Of a DNA stretch of 64,000 nucleotides, positions 28,230 through 37,331 are shown piece after piece. The DNA lies in contig JACZWU010000008.1 in the NCBI GenBank assembly GCA_022571985.1, positions 65,019 to 129,018 of the forward strand, in the 5' to 3' direction. The stretch comes from Candidatus Zixiibacteriota bacterium (GTDB lineage Bacteria > Zixibacteria > MSB-5A5 > GN15 > FEB-12). Numbering within the stretch: position 1 is the stretch's first letter; every line of letters starts with the position of its first letter. The notes under the pieces are model-generated. The model had not been told where the DNA came from. It did no database searches and saw nothing but the letters and a program-made list of their open reading frames with translations. Position numbers and translations under genes: made by a program.

Positions 28230-28259
28230 AAAAAAAGTCAGGGCCACAAGGGCCCTGAC
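28230..28259 (-). terminator. intrinsic terminator after the TonB-dependent receptor (GTAGGTCAG-hairpin family, copy 2)
   Basis: The minus strand reads TTGTAG-GTCAGGGCC / cttgt / GGCCCTGAC, then TTTTTTT. Confidence 0.7.
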
Positions 28260-28285
28260 CTACAATTATAAAAAGTATTTTAGAT

Positions 28286-31162
28286 TTAGAAAGATTTCTT
28301 GATACGGAAAATTGCCAGCCTGCCGAGCTTCGGCGCACCGACAAACTCAATATGCTCGTTGTTTAAGATATTTTGAATCGTCAGGGTAAAGTGTGTTGCT
28401 GGTAACGCTTCCCAGTCAATGTTGGCATCAATAACTGAATACTGTTTTACCTCGACCCCGGCAAAGGGACTGGACATTTCAAAGGCGTCTACCCAGCGCA
28501 GGCGGGCGTCGATGGCCAGGCCCAATTTCTGGTCAGTGAATCGTGCCTGAGCGCCGAATTTGTGTTTTGGTGCATTAAGGAAAATATCACGAACCTGGTC
28601 GGGGCCTTTTTCAAACAACTTCTTGGATACATAAGAATAAGTGCCTCGCACTGCCCATGAGCGGTTAAGCTGAATGTCGAGGGCAAAATCTGCTCCGTAG
28701 AAATTGATGTCACCAAAGTTCCTGTAAGTTACTAAAAGAGCATCAGGATTAAGAGCTTCTTCGGGAGTAACTGTTCCAAAAGGAACTGAAGCTGCGCCCG
28801 TCGTGAACATCGAAATTAGTTCGTCGATCGGAGAACCGTCTCCATTACCACCAAACTGAATCAAGTCGAGCGAATCCAAAGTTGCCTGAACACTGGAACT
28901 TGCTCCGGCATAGGCTGTAGCAAATTCCCCTGTCAAGGCAGCCGCAAGGGTGGCCGGGTCCAAAAAGACATTGGGAGTTTCTATAATAAGAGGACCAATG
29001 AAATCAAATTTCTTGGTACGATAGAAGTCGGCACTGAATTGAATTCTGTCGTTGATGATACCTTTGTAGCCAAACTCGAAAGTTTCTGTAATTGTCGGTC
29101 TGAGTGGTTCAATATTGACGATGTCCGCAATAGTTGAGGCTTCAAAATTCGCAATATCAGGGTTAAATGTCATCAAAGTATTATTAACACCGCTGATCGG
29201 AAATTGAGAAACACTATCCAATGCTATTGAAAAGGATTGAACTATTCCGTTTATAACGTAGTTCGTATCCAAAGCTGTTAAAATGTCGGCAAAACCGGAA
29301 ATAGTGGCACCACTTCCCAAACTCCACATTACATTTGTAAAAAGAGGGTCATTAAAGTTTATAAAATCAGATGAGGTCAGCCCGGCCAGCGGCGCAAAGG
29401 TTGAACGAAATTGTGGATTGCCATTGGTGTCGTATTTCCAGTTAAAACCAGAACTTGGAACTCCCTGAACATGAATGTCAATGCCAGCATCGTAACCTAT
29501 ACTTGGCAGAAAAGCAGCGCCTATACCAAAGGGATCCTGGGCCTGAAGAATGTCGAGAAACAAAGTGTTGTTATCGGGAGTCGAGAAAGCACGGTTGTAG
29601 GTACCGCGGAAGCTATTGTTTGAATTCGGCTGATATACAAGTCCGGCGCGTGGCGACCAGGAAGCATCATCTAATCTGCTGTGGTCATCGACCCGCAGTG
29701 CTCCCACAAATTTGAACATATCAGAAAGTTTGTAATCTGTCTGAATATATGCGCCAATCTCATCGGTGTTGTCGTCATCTTCATGACGGCCATTAATTGT
29801 AGAATCGGTTTCGGGACGTGTGAAAAGAAGATCCAGTCCATAAGTCAGACTCATTCTATCTGAAGGTTGGTAGCGATGCTGAATTTGACCGGCCAGTAGT
29901 TTGGAACGGTCTACAATAAGCTGCCCTGTGCGAAGCAGATAGGTATCGCCGGCGTCACTGGCATTTATGAAACCTTGAACAAAAAGATCTTTATATCTCA
30001 ATCTGGCCTGTCCATACCAGTAAGTCCAGTCTATTGCCTGCCCGGCGCCGAGGCCTGTCAGCTCAATGTTGCTTGAACGGTTTAAGCCGCTATTAAATAT
30101 TAGTGAAGTATTATCGCCTAATAGAAAATCAATTCTGCCTTCTCCGGAAAACCTTTTAATATCATAATCGCGATCATTGGCAATGGTGCTGCCTACAAAC
30201 TGCGGACCGCTCGGACCCGGACGGAAAAGCTGGATGGAGTCCGGCTCAAATTCATCATTTTCACTACCATGAAGTTTCCAGTCAAGGCCCTGGTAATACT
30301 GACCCGAAATCTTAAAAGCTACTTTTTCACTTAGTGAAGAAGCATGGCGGAAAGAACCGATAAATAGTTCCCGCTCGCCGCCGCCTAATGATACTGTCGT
30401 GCCCTGATGGCTGAAAGGAGATTTTGTGATAATATGCAACACACCTGCGGCAGCATTGGGGCCGTACAAGGCCGAGCCCGGACCGCTGACGACTTCTATA
30501 GACTGGATGTCTTCGTCAGTAGTGGGAATGAACTGGTAGGCGTTAAATCTGAGCGACGGCACCCGGGCGATGCGGTTATCAACCATGACCATAAGCGCAC
30601 CCGAAAAAAGATTGTTAAAGCCGCGAACCACCACGTTTGCCTGATTTAAGCCTGTCGAAACAACATCGACAGACGGCAGACCTCTGACATGGTCGGCTGG
30701 TGAAAGAGCAGTATGAGAAGCAATATATTCTTCACTTACTACATGAACCGCCGCGGGGGCGTCGACTAATTTTTCTTCGGCACGTGAAGCAGTCACAGAT
30801 ATGTTCTGTAGATTAATTAGCGACGGCGTAAGCACAAAGTTATGAGTCAGCTCGCTGTCCCCAACTGTCACAGTAAAAGTCTGTGATGAGAATCCTACAT
30901 ACGTAACAGTCAGCAGATAATCTCCTGCTGTAAGACCTGAGATCGAATAATTTCCATTATCATCAGCCTTGGTTGATATCGCCTCTGCCGCTCCTTCTAC
31001 CGCCAGAGCCGTAATAGTTGCCCGGCCGAGTCCGCTGCCATCTACCTGACTGCTGACCTGCCCTGATATTGTGGCAGCGTTTGCTGCTGTCGTAATTGAC
31101 AAAAAGCAAAAGACAGCGACTGCTGCTACAATGATTTGTAACGAATTTTTGGATAAATTCAT
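28286..31162 (-). CDS. TonB-dependent receptor with N-terminal carboxypeptidase-regulatory-like domain
   Basis: GGAGGG SD and a signal peptide. ISGQVSS..GNYSISGLTAGDYLLTVTYVGF (CarboxypepD_reg), a plug domain (IEVVSGPGSALYGPNAAAGVLHIITK), and a barrel ending ..FRIKKSF. Confidence 0.9.
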   Translation of the reverse strand: MNLSKNSLQIIVAAVAVFCFLSITTAANAATISGQVSSQVDGSGLGRATITALAVEGAAEAISTKADDNGNYSISGLTAGDYLLTVTYVGFSSQTFTVTVGDSELTHNFVLTPSLINLQNISVTASRAEEKLVDAPAAVHVVSEEYIASHTALSPADHVRGLPSVDVVSTGLNQANVVVRGFNNLFSGALMVMVDNRIARVPSLRFNAYQFIPTTDEDIQSIEVVSGPGSALYGPNAAAGVLHIITKSPFSHQGTTVSLGGGERELFIGSFRHASSLSEKVAFKISGQYYQGLDWKLHGSENDEFEPDSIQLFRPGPSGPQFVGSTIANDRDYDIKRFSGEGRIDFLLGDNTSLIFNSGLNRSSNIELTGLGAGQAIDWTYWYGQARLRYKDLFVQGFINASDAGDTYLLRTGQLIVDRSKLLAGQIQHRYQPSDRMSLTYGLDLLFTRPETDSTINGRHEDDDNTDEIGAYIQTDYKLSDMFKFVGALRVDDHSRLDDASWSPRAGLVYQPNSNNSFRGTYNRAFSTPDNNTLFLDILQAQDPFGIGAAFLPSIGYDAGIDIHVQGVPSSGFNWKYDTNGNPQFRSTFAPLAGLTSSDFINFNDPLFTNVMWSLGSGATISGFADILTALDTNYVINGIVQSFSIALDSVSQFPISGVNNTLMTFNPDIANFEASTIADIVNIEPLRPTITETFEFGYKGIINDRIQFSADFYRTKKFDFIGPLIIETPNVFLDPATLAAALTGEFATAYAGASSSVQATLDSLDLIQFGGNGDGSPIDELISMFTTGAASVPFGTVTPEEALNPDALLVTYRNFGDINFYGADFALDIQLNRSWAVRGTYSYVSKKLFEKGPDQVRDIFLNAPKHKFGAQARFTDQKLGLAIDARLRWVDAFEMSSPFAGVEVKQYSVIDANIDWEALPATHFTLTIQNILNNEHIEFVGAPKLGRLAIFRIKKSF

Positions 31163-31529
31163 AATCCCTCCAACTTCAACTTAGATTTAGAACCATGCTA
31201 CTTCAAGACCTCTATAAGGAACAGTTTGGGATGGCTTGCTTGGTACCTTAAGGCTTGACGTATAGGTTATGATTCATTTTTTGAAATCCCAATAAATTTG
31301 GGGCTATTCTGGCCAGAAATCAAGGGAATTTCGGGCACTTAATTGACTGTTTTTTACAAAAGCGGCAGAAGCGAATTGCTATTAATGAGCTGAGGATTTA
31401 ATTTATGGCACAAAAAACTGCTATTTTGAGCCCAAACGAGCGTTCGCGGCATTGCTCTTTGATATTAACTTAACTTAATCTAGTCCAGGGAGTCAGCATT
31501 AAGAATATATGCAGGAGGCGGTGCTATTT

Positions 31530-32696
31530 TTACTTGCGGCTGCCGCTGTACATTTCAAATTTCAATAGCCGACATTCAATCGAGCCGTTATACAGTTGGA
31601 TACGCCGTGATGTTCTCAAGCCAATTTTTTTTGCGGCATCCAAATTTCCGGTAAAGATAAAGGCATCATATCCTGTAAAGTTACTTTTAAAGGCATCCCC
31701 GATTGAATGATAGAGCTCTTCTATCTCATTTATGGAGATACGCTCTCCATAGGGAGGATTTATGATCAAAACTCCGGGGAATTCGGGCGGAATTAAATCT
31801 TTTATAGCACAATGCTTAAAGGAAATATTTTCGACTACTCCGGCTTCTTTGGCATTGTCCTGGGAATCATAAACAGCTGCTTCGCGCAGGTCGGCCGCGA
31901 AAATTTCGAAATTTAGCTCTGGTATGACGACTCCCCGCGCTTTTTTGCAAATCGAATCAAACATCTGTTGGTCGTAGTCCGGCCAGTTCATAAAGCCAAA
32001 TTGTTTTCTGGTTAAGCCGGGTGCGATATTTCGCGCTAATAAAGCAGCCTCAATTACAATAGTTCCCGAACCGCACATGGCGTCTACGAATGAACTTTTC
32101 TTGTCCCATTCAGATAGCATCACGATACCTGCTGCCAGAACTTCGTTTAGTGGCGCTTTTCCGGTTTTCCTGCGGTAACCCCGCTTAAAGAGCGCTTCCC
32201 CCGATGAGTCGATAGCAAGTCTGCATTCGTTTTTGAAAATATAGACATTAATTCTGATATCGGGATTGTTTAGTTCTACCGATGGCCGACGGCCGCTGGT
32301 TCTACGAAATTGGTCGACTATGGCATCTTTTGTCTTTTGGGCGACATAGAGAGAGTTTGTGAATTGTGATTTTGTAATGACAGCATCAATCGCAAATGTT
32401 TGCTCGATGTCAAGATATTTTCCCCACTCAATATTGGATACCTTATGATATAGTTCATTTTCATTGGCGGCTTTGAAACTAGCCATCGGTTTCAGAATTC
32501 TGGTGGCGGTGCGGCACCATAAATTTGCTTTATATAACAACTGTTTATCGCCGTAAAACTCAACCGAGCGGTTCATGATTTTTAGTTTACCGGCGCCAAG
32601 ATCGGCCAGCTCTTTGGATAAAATTTCTTCTAAGCCAAACAAAGTTTTGGCTATCATCCTGAAGGGCAGGTTTCTATTTATTGTTTCAGTCGACAT
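31530..32696 (-). CDS. THUMP-domain class I SAM-dependent RNA methyltransferase (RlmL/RlmK N-terminal-module-like)
   Basis: THUMP-type N-terminus (KTLFGLEEILSKEL..), DAMCGSGTIVIEAA, and NPPYGERI. Confidence 0.8.
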   Translation of the reverse strand: MSTETINRNLPFRMIAKTLFGLEEILSKELADLGAGKLKIMNRSVEFYGDKQLLYKANLWCRTATRILKPMASFKAANENELYHKVSNIEWGKYLDIEQTFAIDAVITKSQFTNSLYVAQKTKDAIVDQFRRTSGRRPSVELNNPDIRINVYIFKNECRLAIDSSGEALFKRGYRRKTGKAPLNEVLAAGIVMLSEWDKKSSFVDAMCGSGTIVIEAALLARNIAPGLTRKQFGFMNWPDYDQQMFDSICKKARGVVIPELNFEIFAADLREAAVYDSQDNAKEAGVVENISFKHCAIKDLIPPEFPGVLIINPPYGERISINEIEELYHSIGDAFKSNFTGYDAFIFTGNLDAAKKIGLRTSRRIQLYNGSIECRLLKFEMYSGSRK

Positions 32697-32726
32697 GGCT
32701 AAAATGAAATGCTTGTTGCAGAGATT

Positions 32727-33695
32727 TCAAAGGAATAATCTGTCAGATTGAATAGACTCAAGTAACTCCCTCCAGGCTTTCACTTCATTTGCTGGCTCGA
32801 ACAACTTTCTTTTATTTTTGCATAATAATTTAAGTTTATTGTAGAACTTCTTATCGTATTCCGCCCTGTACAAAAGTTTTGCGAGGGACTTGGTGTCGCC
32901 GCAGGGGAAGTATCCGGGATACTTTTCACCGAACATCCCGATAGAGCCCGATATTTGCGTGGAAATAACCGGCAGGGACGATACGATTGCTTCCGAGACG
33001 ACGTTGGCACCGCCTTCCATTTTCGAAGTCAACACCAGCAGCCTGCTTCGCCTTAGAATATCCTGTGTTTTCCAGCGCGGCTTTTCTCCCAGCCAGCGGT
33101 AGCGATGATTTAGACTTTGTTCTTTTTTTGCGCGGCTTGCAAAGGTACTATCCAGCGCTGCCCCGATGTGAGAAATCATTATTTTTGATGACGCCGGCAG
33201 CAAGCGGGCGGCGTAGGCCGTGCGCAGCGGGTCCTTGACGCTGCGCAGGTTGGCAATGACGCAAACCTCAAAACAGTTCTTTAGTCGCTTAACTTCTTTC
33301 TTGCATGCCGGAATAGACTGGTAGATGACCACGGTTTTCCTGCGAAGTTTCGGGGATAGTTGCTTGAGCGCATTGGGTTGTAAAGCAATCAGACGACTGG
33401 CAATTTCGAGCGACTCCCGCGCGTTTGCAGAAACGTGAATTTTGTCGTAAACGTCGGTGCCCGTCAAAGCTACTATAATCGGACGGCCTGGATTTTTCGT
33501 ATGAAATTTCCGAATTGACTTCCAGCTTTTATAGGCGTGCAGCGCAACCAGAAGATCAAACCTGCCGGTTGAATAATCCTGCGTGACGCGTACGCCGTGG
33601 CCAAGCTGCCTCAAAATACGCGCCCAGCGGGCGGCCGTGATACTGTTGCCGGTAAGTGATGAAGTCGCCGCTGGCGTTACTAAGCAAATCCTCAT
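32727..33695 (-). CDS. senB: TIGR04348-type glycosyltransferase, SenB-like (selenosugar synthase family)
   Basis: ORF 32727..33710 trimmed to the ATG that overlaps the upstream TGA (ATGA). The N-terminus MRICLVTPAATSSLTGNSITAARWARILRQLGHGVRV matches my recollection of the SenB/TIGR04348 N-terminal signature. The C-terminal half is GT1-like (EGGANVVSEA). Confidence 0.6.
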   Translation of the reverse strand: MRICLVTPAATSSLTGNSITAARWARILRQLGHGVRVTQDYSTGRFDLLVALHAYKSWKSIRKFHTKNPGRPIIVALTGTDVYDKIHVSANARESLEIASRLIALQPNALKQLSPKLRRKTVVIYQSIPACKKEVKRLKNCFEVCVIANLRSVKDPLRTAYAARLLPASSKIMISHIGAALDSTFASRAKKEQSLNHRYRWLGEKPRWKTQDILRRSRLLVLTSKMEGGANVVSEAIVSSLPVISTQISGSIGMFGEKYPGYFPCGDTKSLAKLLYRAEYDKKFYNKLKLLCKNKRKLFEPANEVKAWRELLESIQSDRLFL

Positions 33696-35005
33696 TCGGC
33701 GACAAGACAAACCCGAAAGCCGGACCAGACATCGCGGCGATGGGGTTCATAAAAGTTGCGCCAGGTGTTTCTTATCAGTCGCGACCCGGTGGCCCAGCTG
33801 CCTCCGCGAAGAACCTTGCGCGTCTTAAACCAGGGTTCGGAATATTCTTTATAGGGGTCGAGTACAAATCCGGGATAAGGGAGAAAATCGCTCTCTGTCC
33901 ATTCCCAGACATTGCCGATCATTTGCCGACAGCCTGACTCTGAATCCCCGTCAGGTAATTCATCAACGCTGATGCAGCCCATGTTTTCCCAATCCATGTT
34001 CGCCCGCGCCGGCGACGGTGGTTCGTCTCCCCAGGGATACAAACGCTTTGACTTTGAGTCGTTGTTCATGGAGGCCGCAAATTCCCATTCCGCCTCGGTC
34101 GGCAGCCGCACACCTTTCCAATGACAGTAAGCTTCGGCTTCGAAATAATTGACGTGTATCATGGCTGTTTCAGGTTCTAACGAAACCCACCTGTCAAAAA
34201 AGCGACGCAGCCATTGTCCGTTCTCGTCCCGTTTCCAGTAAAGCGGCTTTTCTGCTCCTGATTGTGCCAGCCACAATTTCCCTTTATCACTCCACAGTTC
34301 GCTTCTTTTAAAGCCGTCATCGTTGACGAATTCGCAAAATTCATTTTGTGTTACGGCCGTGCGAGAAATCGAGAATGGCTTTATGTCCACTTCATGCTCC
34401 CACTTTTCATTGTCAAAAGCAAACTGCGCGTCTTTGCGTGCACCAAGCATGAAAGGGCCGCCCGATAATTCTACAAAACCGCGAGCAGAATTTTGAGACT
34501 GGCTGGCGTTATTCGATCTATTTGAACCAGCGGCTGTGCTCTTTGAAGAAAAATCGAGAAGCGGATACTCAAGCGTCTGGCGTGTATATGTAAAAGCTTC
34601 GGCGTGCATGTCTTCGTGAAATATCGAGAGCAGCGCGAAATAGATCAGGTCATCGTCAGCAGGCTTACTTTCCAGCTGCTCGCAGACAGCATCGCAGACA
34701 TTTTGCATGTACTCGATTGTCTCATCGCGCGATGGCAGCGGCAAATTCCAGCGAGTGTCGTGCGGGACTGCTGCGGAATCATAAAGCGAGTCGGCGTCTG
34801 CGCGAATTGGCTCCTTGCCCAGACAGTGACGCAAAACCCAGCGTTCCTGAAACCAGGCGGCATGTCCAATCTCCCACAGCCAGGGGTTGATTATATCGAT
34901 TTGCTTGTCGAGCATTTTTTCATCGGGAATGTCAGAGACGATTTCAATCGTCCGCTTGCGGGCGTCTCTGGTCCAGTCAATTATTTCGGATATCGGTGTC
35001 TTCAC
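33692..35005 (-). CDS. senA: EgtB/SenA-family sulfoxide (selenoxide) synthase: DinB_2-like domain plus FGE-sulfatase domain
   Basis: GHAAWFQE and FHEDMHAEAF iron-ligand motifs are in the N-terminal domain. The C-terminal domain has the FGE-type signature RGGSWATGSRLIRNTWRNF..GFRV. Confidence 0.65.
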   Translation of the reverse strand: MKTPISEIIDWTRDARKRTIEIVSDIPDEKMLDKQIDIINPWLWEIGHAAWFQERWVLRHCLGKEPIRADADSLYDSAAVPHDTRWNLPLPSRDETIEYMQNVCDAVCEQLESKPADDDLIYFALLSIFHEDMHAEAFTYTRQTLEYPLLDFSSKSTAAGSNRSNNASQSQNSARGFVELSGGPFMLGARKDAQFAFDNEKWEHEVDIKPFSISRTAVTQNEFCEFVNDDGFKRSELWSDKGKLWLAQSGAEKPLYWKRDENGQWLRRFFDRWVSLEPETAMIHVNYFEAEAYCHWKGVRLPTEAEWEFAASMNNDSKSKRLYPWGDEPPSPARANMDWENMGCISVDELPDGDSESGCRQMIGNVWEWTESDFLPYPGFVLDPYKEYSEPWFKTRKVLRGGSWATGSRLIRNTWRNFYEPHRRDVWSGFRVCLVAE

Positions 35006-35219
35006 AAATTTGTACCATAAATCAGCATAAAACTATACAAAAATTTATACTAAATTTGTTGCCCTGTCAATTGTTAAGTAGAAGCAACTTACTCGAAGTA
35101 GATTGTTAGAACTTTTTAGCAAGGAATATACAGATTCATTATCAAATTAGGTGACAGTTTGCCGGGTGCCCCGCCCCTTGGGGTGGGTTTCCGTAACCGC
35201 CTTAACACTTAAATTTATA

Positions 35220-35309
35220 TGGCGGAGAGGCAGGGATTCGAACCCTGGGAGCCCGCGAAGGCTCAACGGTTTTCGAGACCGCCCCGTTCAACCGCTCCGG
35301 CACCTCTCC
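35220..35309 (-). tRNA. tRNA-Ser (anticodon CGA), CCA encoded
   Basis: The reverse complement is GGAGAGGTGCCGGAGCGGTTGAACGGGGCGGTCTCGAAAACCGTTGAGCCTTCGCGGGCTCCCAGGGTTCGAATCCCTGCCTCTCCGCCA. It has a 7-bp acceptor stem, anticodon loop CTCGAAA, a long variable arm and a GGTTCGAATCC T-loop. It is close to E. coli tRNA-Ser(CGA). Confidence 0.95.
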
Positions 35310-35379
35310 GACAAACAAAGTTTGATTTTCTCCGGCGAATAAATAAGCCTCTCAGAACAAAATGCAAAGTGTTTAGAAA

Positions 35380-35904
35380 TCACGGCCTATTCCCCCGGTA
35401 AAACTCCCCTTTTTCCGCCAGGGCGTACTGATTGTCTATCAATTTGTTAACCAGACCGTAGCGCGGACGAACTAATTGAAATACAACAAACGACAGGATT
35501 ACCATGAACATTGTTTCTTCGAACCGTCCGGTCAGAAAAAAATAAATTACCCCATAAAGCGAGATAGCGCCAATCAGCATAAAGACCGGCCGACAAATTC
35601 TGGTCAGACCCAGCGCCAGGTCGGTCTGGAATGTTTCTCTTCGGCGAATCATCGGCTTTTGCAGCAGCTGCTGCCGCCACCAAAAAGCGAAGGCTCCCTG
35701 AGTGGCGCCCAATATCAAAAAAATATAAAAGAGAGTGTTGGCGAAGTCCCCAATGTTATTAGCAGGATGATAGCGCTGCTCAAAGAAATAGCAGGCGAAC
35801 AACAGCCCCATAGGGATAATAATATTCGACATCATCCCGAAATAAAGAGACTTATTCATTATGCGGAAAAGTTCTATAGTGTCGCCGTTAAAATCTTTTT
35901 TCAC
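35380..35904 (-). CDS. small 4-TM membrane protein (paralog 3 of 3)
   Basis: GTG start overlapping the upstream TGA. It has four hydrophobic helices and a terminal ..VFQLVRPRYGLVNKLIDNQ segment that parallels the other two paralogs. Confidence 0.6.
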   Translation of the reverse strand: MKKDFNGDTIELFRIMNKSLYFGMMSNIIIPMGLLFACYFFEQRYHPANNIGDFANTLFYIFLILGATQGAFAFWWRQQLLQKPMIRRRETFQTDLALGLTRICRPVFMLIGAISLYGVIYFFLTGRFEETMFMVILSFVVFQLVRPRYGLVNKLIDNQYALAEKGEFYRGNRP

Positions 35905-36353
35905 TTTTTACTCAATCTGTAGATAAAATTATCGAATCTAACACGCATCGGCCAATGCACCACCGACCAGCCTATGCCGACCGGATAGAAATATAAGGCC
36001 TTTAACATGTCGCCTGAAAGTAAATAAACTACGAGACCATAAATGTATATGGCTTCGATAAACGAGAACTTTATTAGAGAAAGCATAAAAAAGAGAATTG
36101 CTGGATTTTTATTTTCGGAAGTTTCCTTTTGCCAGTTTTGAATTTGTATTCTTGATATCATTGGTATCACCAGTGGCTGAATCATTCCGACTATCAGCAA
36201 AATAAGCAGAGCTATTTCGATTTCGCCGCCGGATTGTTTTGGAGGACTAACTACGAACATCAGTGCCAGTAAAACCAAAGGCATAATTACGAGCATGGCA
36301 ATGGCTATCATTCTGATAAAACTTAGCTGATTACTTTTAGCTGCACTTTCCAT
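35901..36353 (-). CDS. small 4-TM membrane protein (paralog 2 of 3)
   Basis: YLLSGDMLKALYFYPVGIGWSVVHWPMRVRFDNFIYRL aligns with paralog 1. Confidence 0.6.
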   Translation of the reverse strand: MESAAKSNQLSFIRMIAIAMLVIMPLVLLALMFVVSPPKQSGGEIEIALLILLIVGMIQPLVIPMISRIQIQNWQKETSENKNPAILFFMLSLIKFSFIEAIYIYGLVVYLLSGDMLKALYFYPVGIGWSVVHWPMRVRFDNFIYRLSKK

Positions 36354-36808
36354 TGTTCTTCAATCTTGTTAATAAAGTCTTCGTATCTATTGCGCGTCGG
36401 CCAGAGAAAGAAAGCCCATACGATTCCGATTGGATAAAAGTATAGCATCTTTTGTATATCACCAGAGAGAAAATATATTAGTAATCCGAATGCGAAATTA
36501 CCTGAACCAACCCCTACTTGCATGATAGAGAACTTGCTCCAAGCATCTTCAGGTGATTTAAACTTGCTTTTACCTTTATTGTAAGCACTAACTATTTTTC
36601 TTCGTATTACAGCCATTGCAAGAGGTGCAAACCCGCCATAAATAAGAAGTATCGTCATTATAATATTGATCGACTCTACGTCCCAATCAAAAGATAGAAT
36701 GTTAGTCGCCAGATACACATACATCAGTGGGGCAACGACAAAACATATAAAGGAAAAGAACCTAGACACATCTAAAGGATTATCAGTTTTTTTCTTGCCC
36801 TGATTCAA
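36323..36808 (-). CDS. small 4-TM membrane protein (paralog 1 of 3)
   Basis: TTG start overlapping the tadA TGA. YFLSGDIQKMLYFYPIGIVWAFFLWPTRNRYEDFINKI. Confidence 0.6.
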   Translation of the reverse strand: MNQGKKKTDNPLDVSRFFSFICFVVAPLMYVYLATNILSFDWDVESINIIMTILLIYGGFAPLAMAVIRRKIVSAYNKGKSKFKSPEDAWSKFSIMQVGVGSGNFAFGLLIYFLSGDIQKMLYFYPIGIVWAFFLWPTRNRYEDFINKIEEQWKVQLKVIS

Positions 36809-37281
36809 TTTATCCTGTCCTTCTGCAATCTGATCTGCTTAAAAAATTGCTTCATCATCTCAGATATTTCGTCAGATAGAATTCCACTGACAACTTCTAT
36901 GCGATGGTTTAGTTTTTTCTCAGCAGGAACATTGAAAATAGAACCACAGGCTCCGAATTTCGGATCGCTGGCGCCAAAGACGATTCTTTTGATACGTGAT
37001 AATACGGCCGCCCCGGCGCACATGGTGCATGGCTCGACAGTTGAAAAAAGGTAGCAGTCTTCCAGCCGCCAGTCACCTATATGATTAAAAGCCGCAGACA
37101 GTGCTATCATCTCGGCATGGGCGGTAGCATCTTTGAGACGTTCGACTTGGTTATAGCCGCGCCCGATGATTTTATTATGGTAAACCACCACCGCGCCGAT
37201 GGGAACCTCGTCCGCTTCAAAAGCTTCACTGGCCTGCTGAATCGCCAGGCGCATATAATCTTCATACTGGTCAGATTGCAT
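36805..37281 (-). CDS. tadA: tRNA adenosine(34) deaminase
   Basis: HAEMIAL and PCTMCAGA zinc-binding motifs; the size is typical. Confidence 0.9.
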   Translation of the reverse strand: MQSDQYEDYMRLAIQQASEAFEADEVPIGAVVVYHNKIIGRGYNQVERLKDATAHAEMIALSAAFNHIGDWRLEDCYLFSTVEPCTMCAGAAVLSRIKRIVFGASDPKFGACGSIFNVPAEKKLNHRIEVVSGILSDEISEMMKQFFKQIRLQKDRIN

Positions 37282-37331
37282 GAAAACAATATAAGATTAT
37301 TGAAGAATACGGACAATCGAATTTCTGCGGG

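Noticed and set aside
31406-31421. Second sigma-54-like motif TGGCACAAAAAACTGC in the intergenic region upstream of the TonB-dependent receptor.
   Set aside because: GG-to-GC spacing is 11 nt rather than the strict 10. It also points (plus strand) into the 3' end of a minus-strand gene, with no downstream plus-strand CDS.
35220-35309. Possibility that the long-variable-arm tRNA next to the sen-like genes is tRNA-Sec.
   Set aside because: The anticodon loop reads CTCGAAA (anticodon CGA, serine). The acceptor stem is 7 bp and the sequence is close to E. coli tRNA-Ser(CGA). It is not a UCA-anticodon, 8/9-bp-acceptor selenocysteine tRNA.
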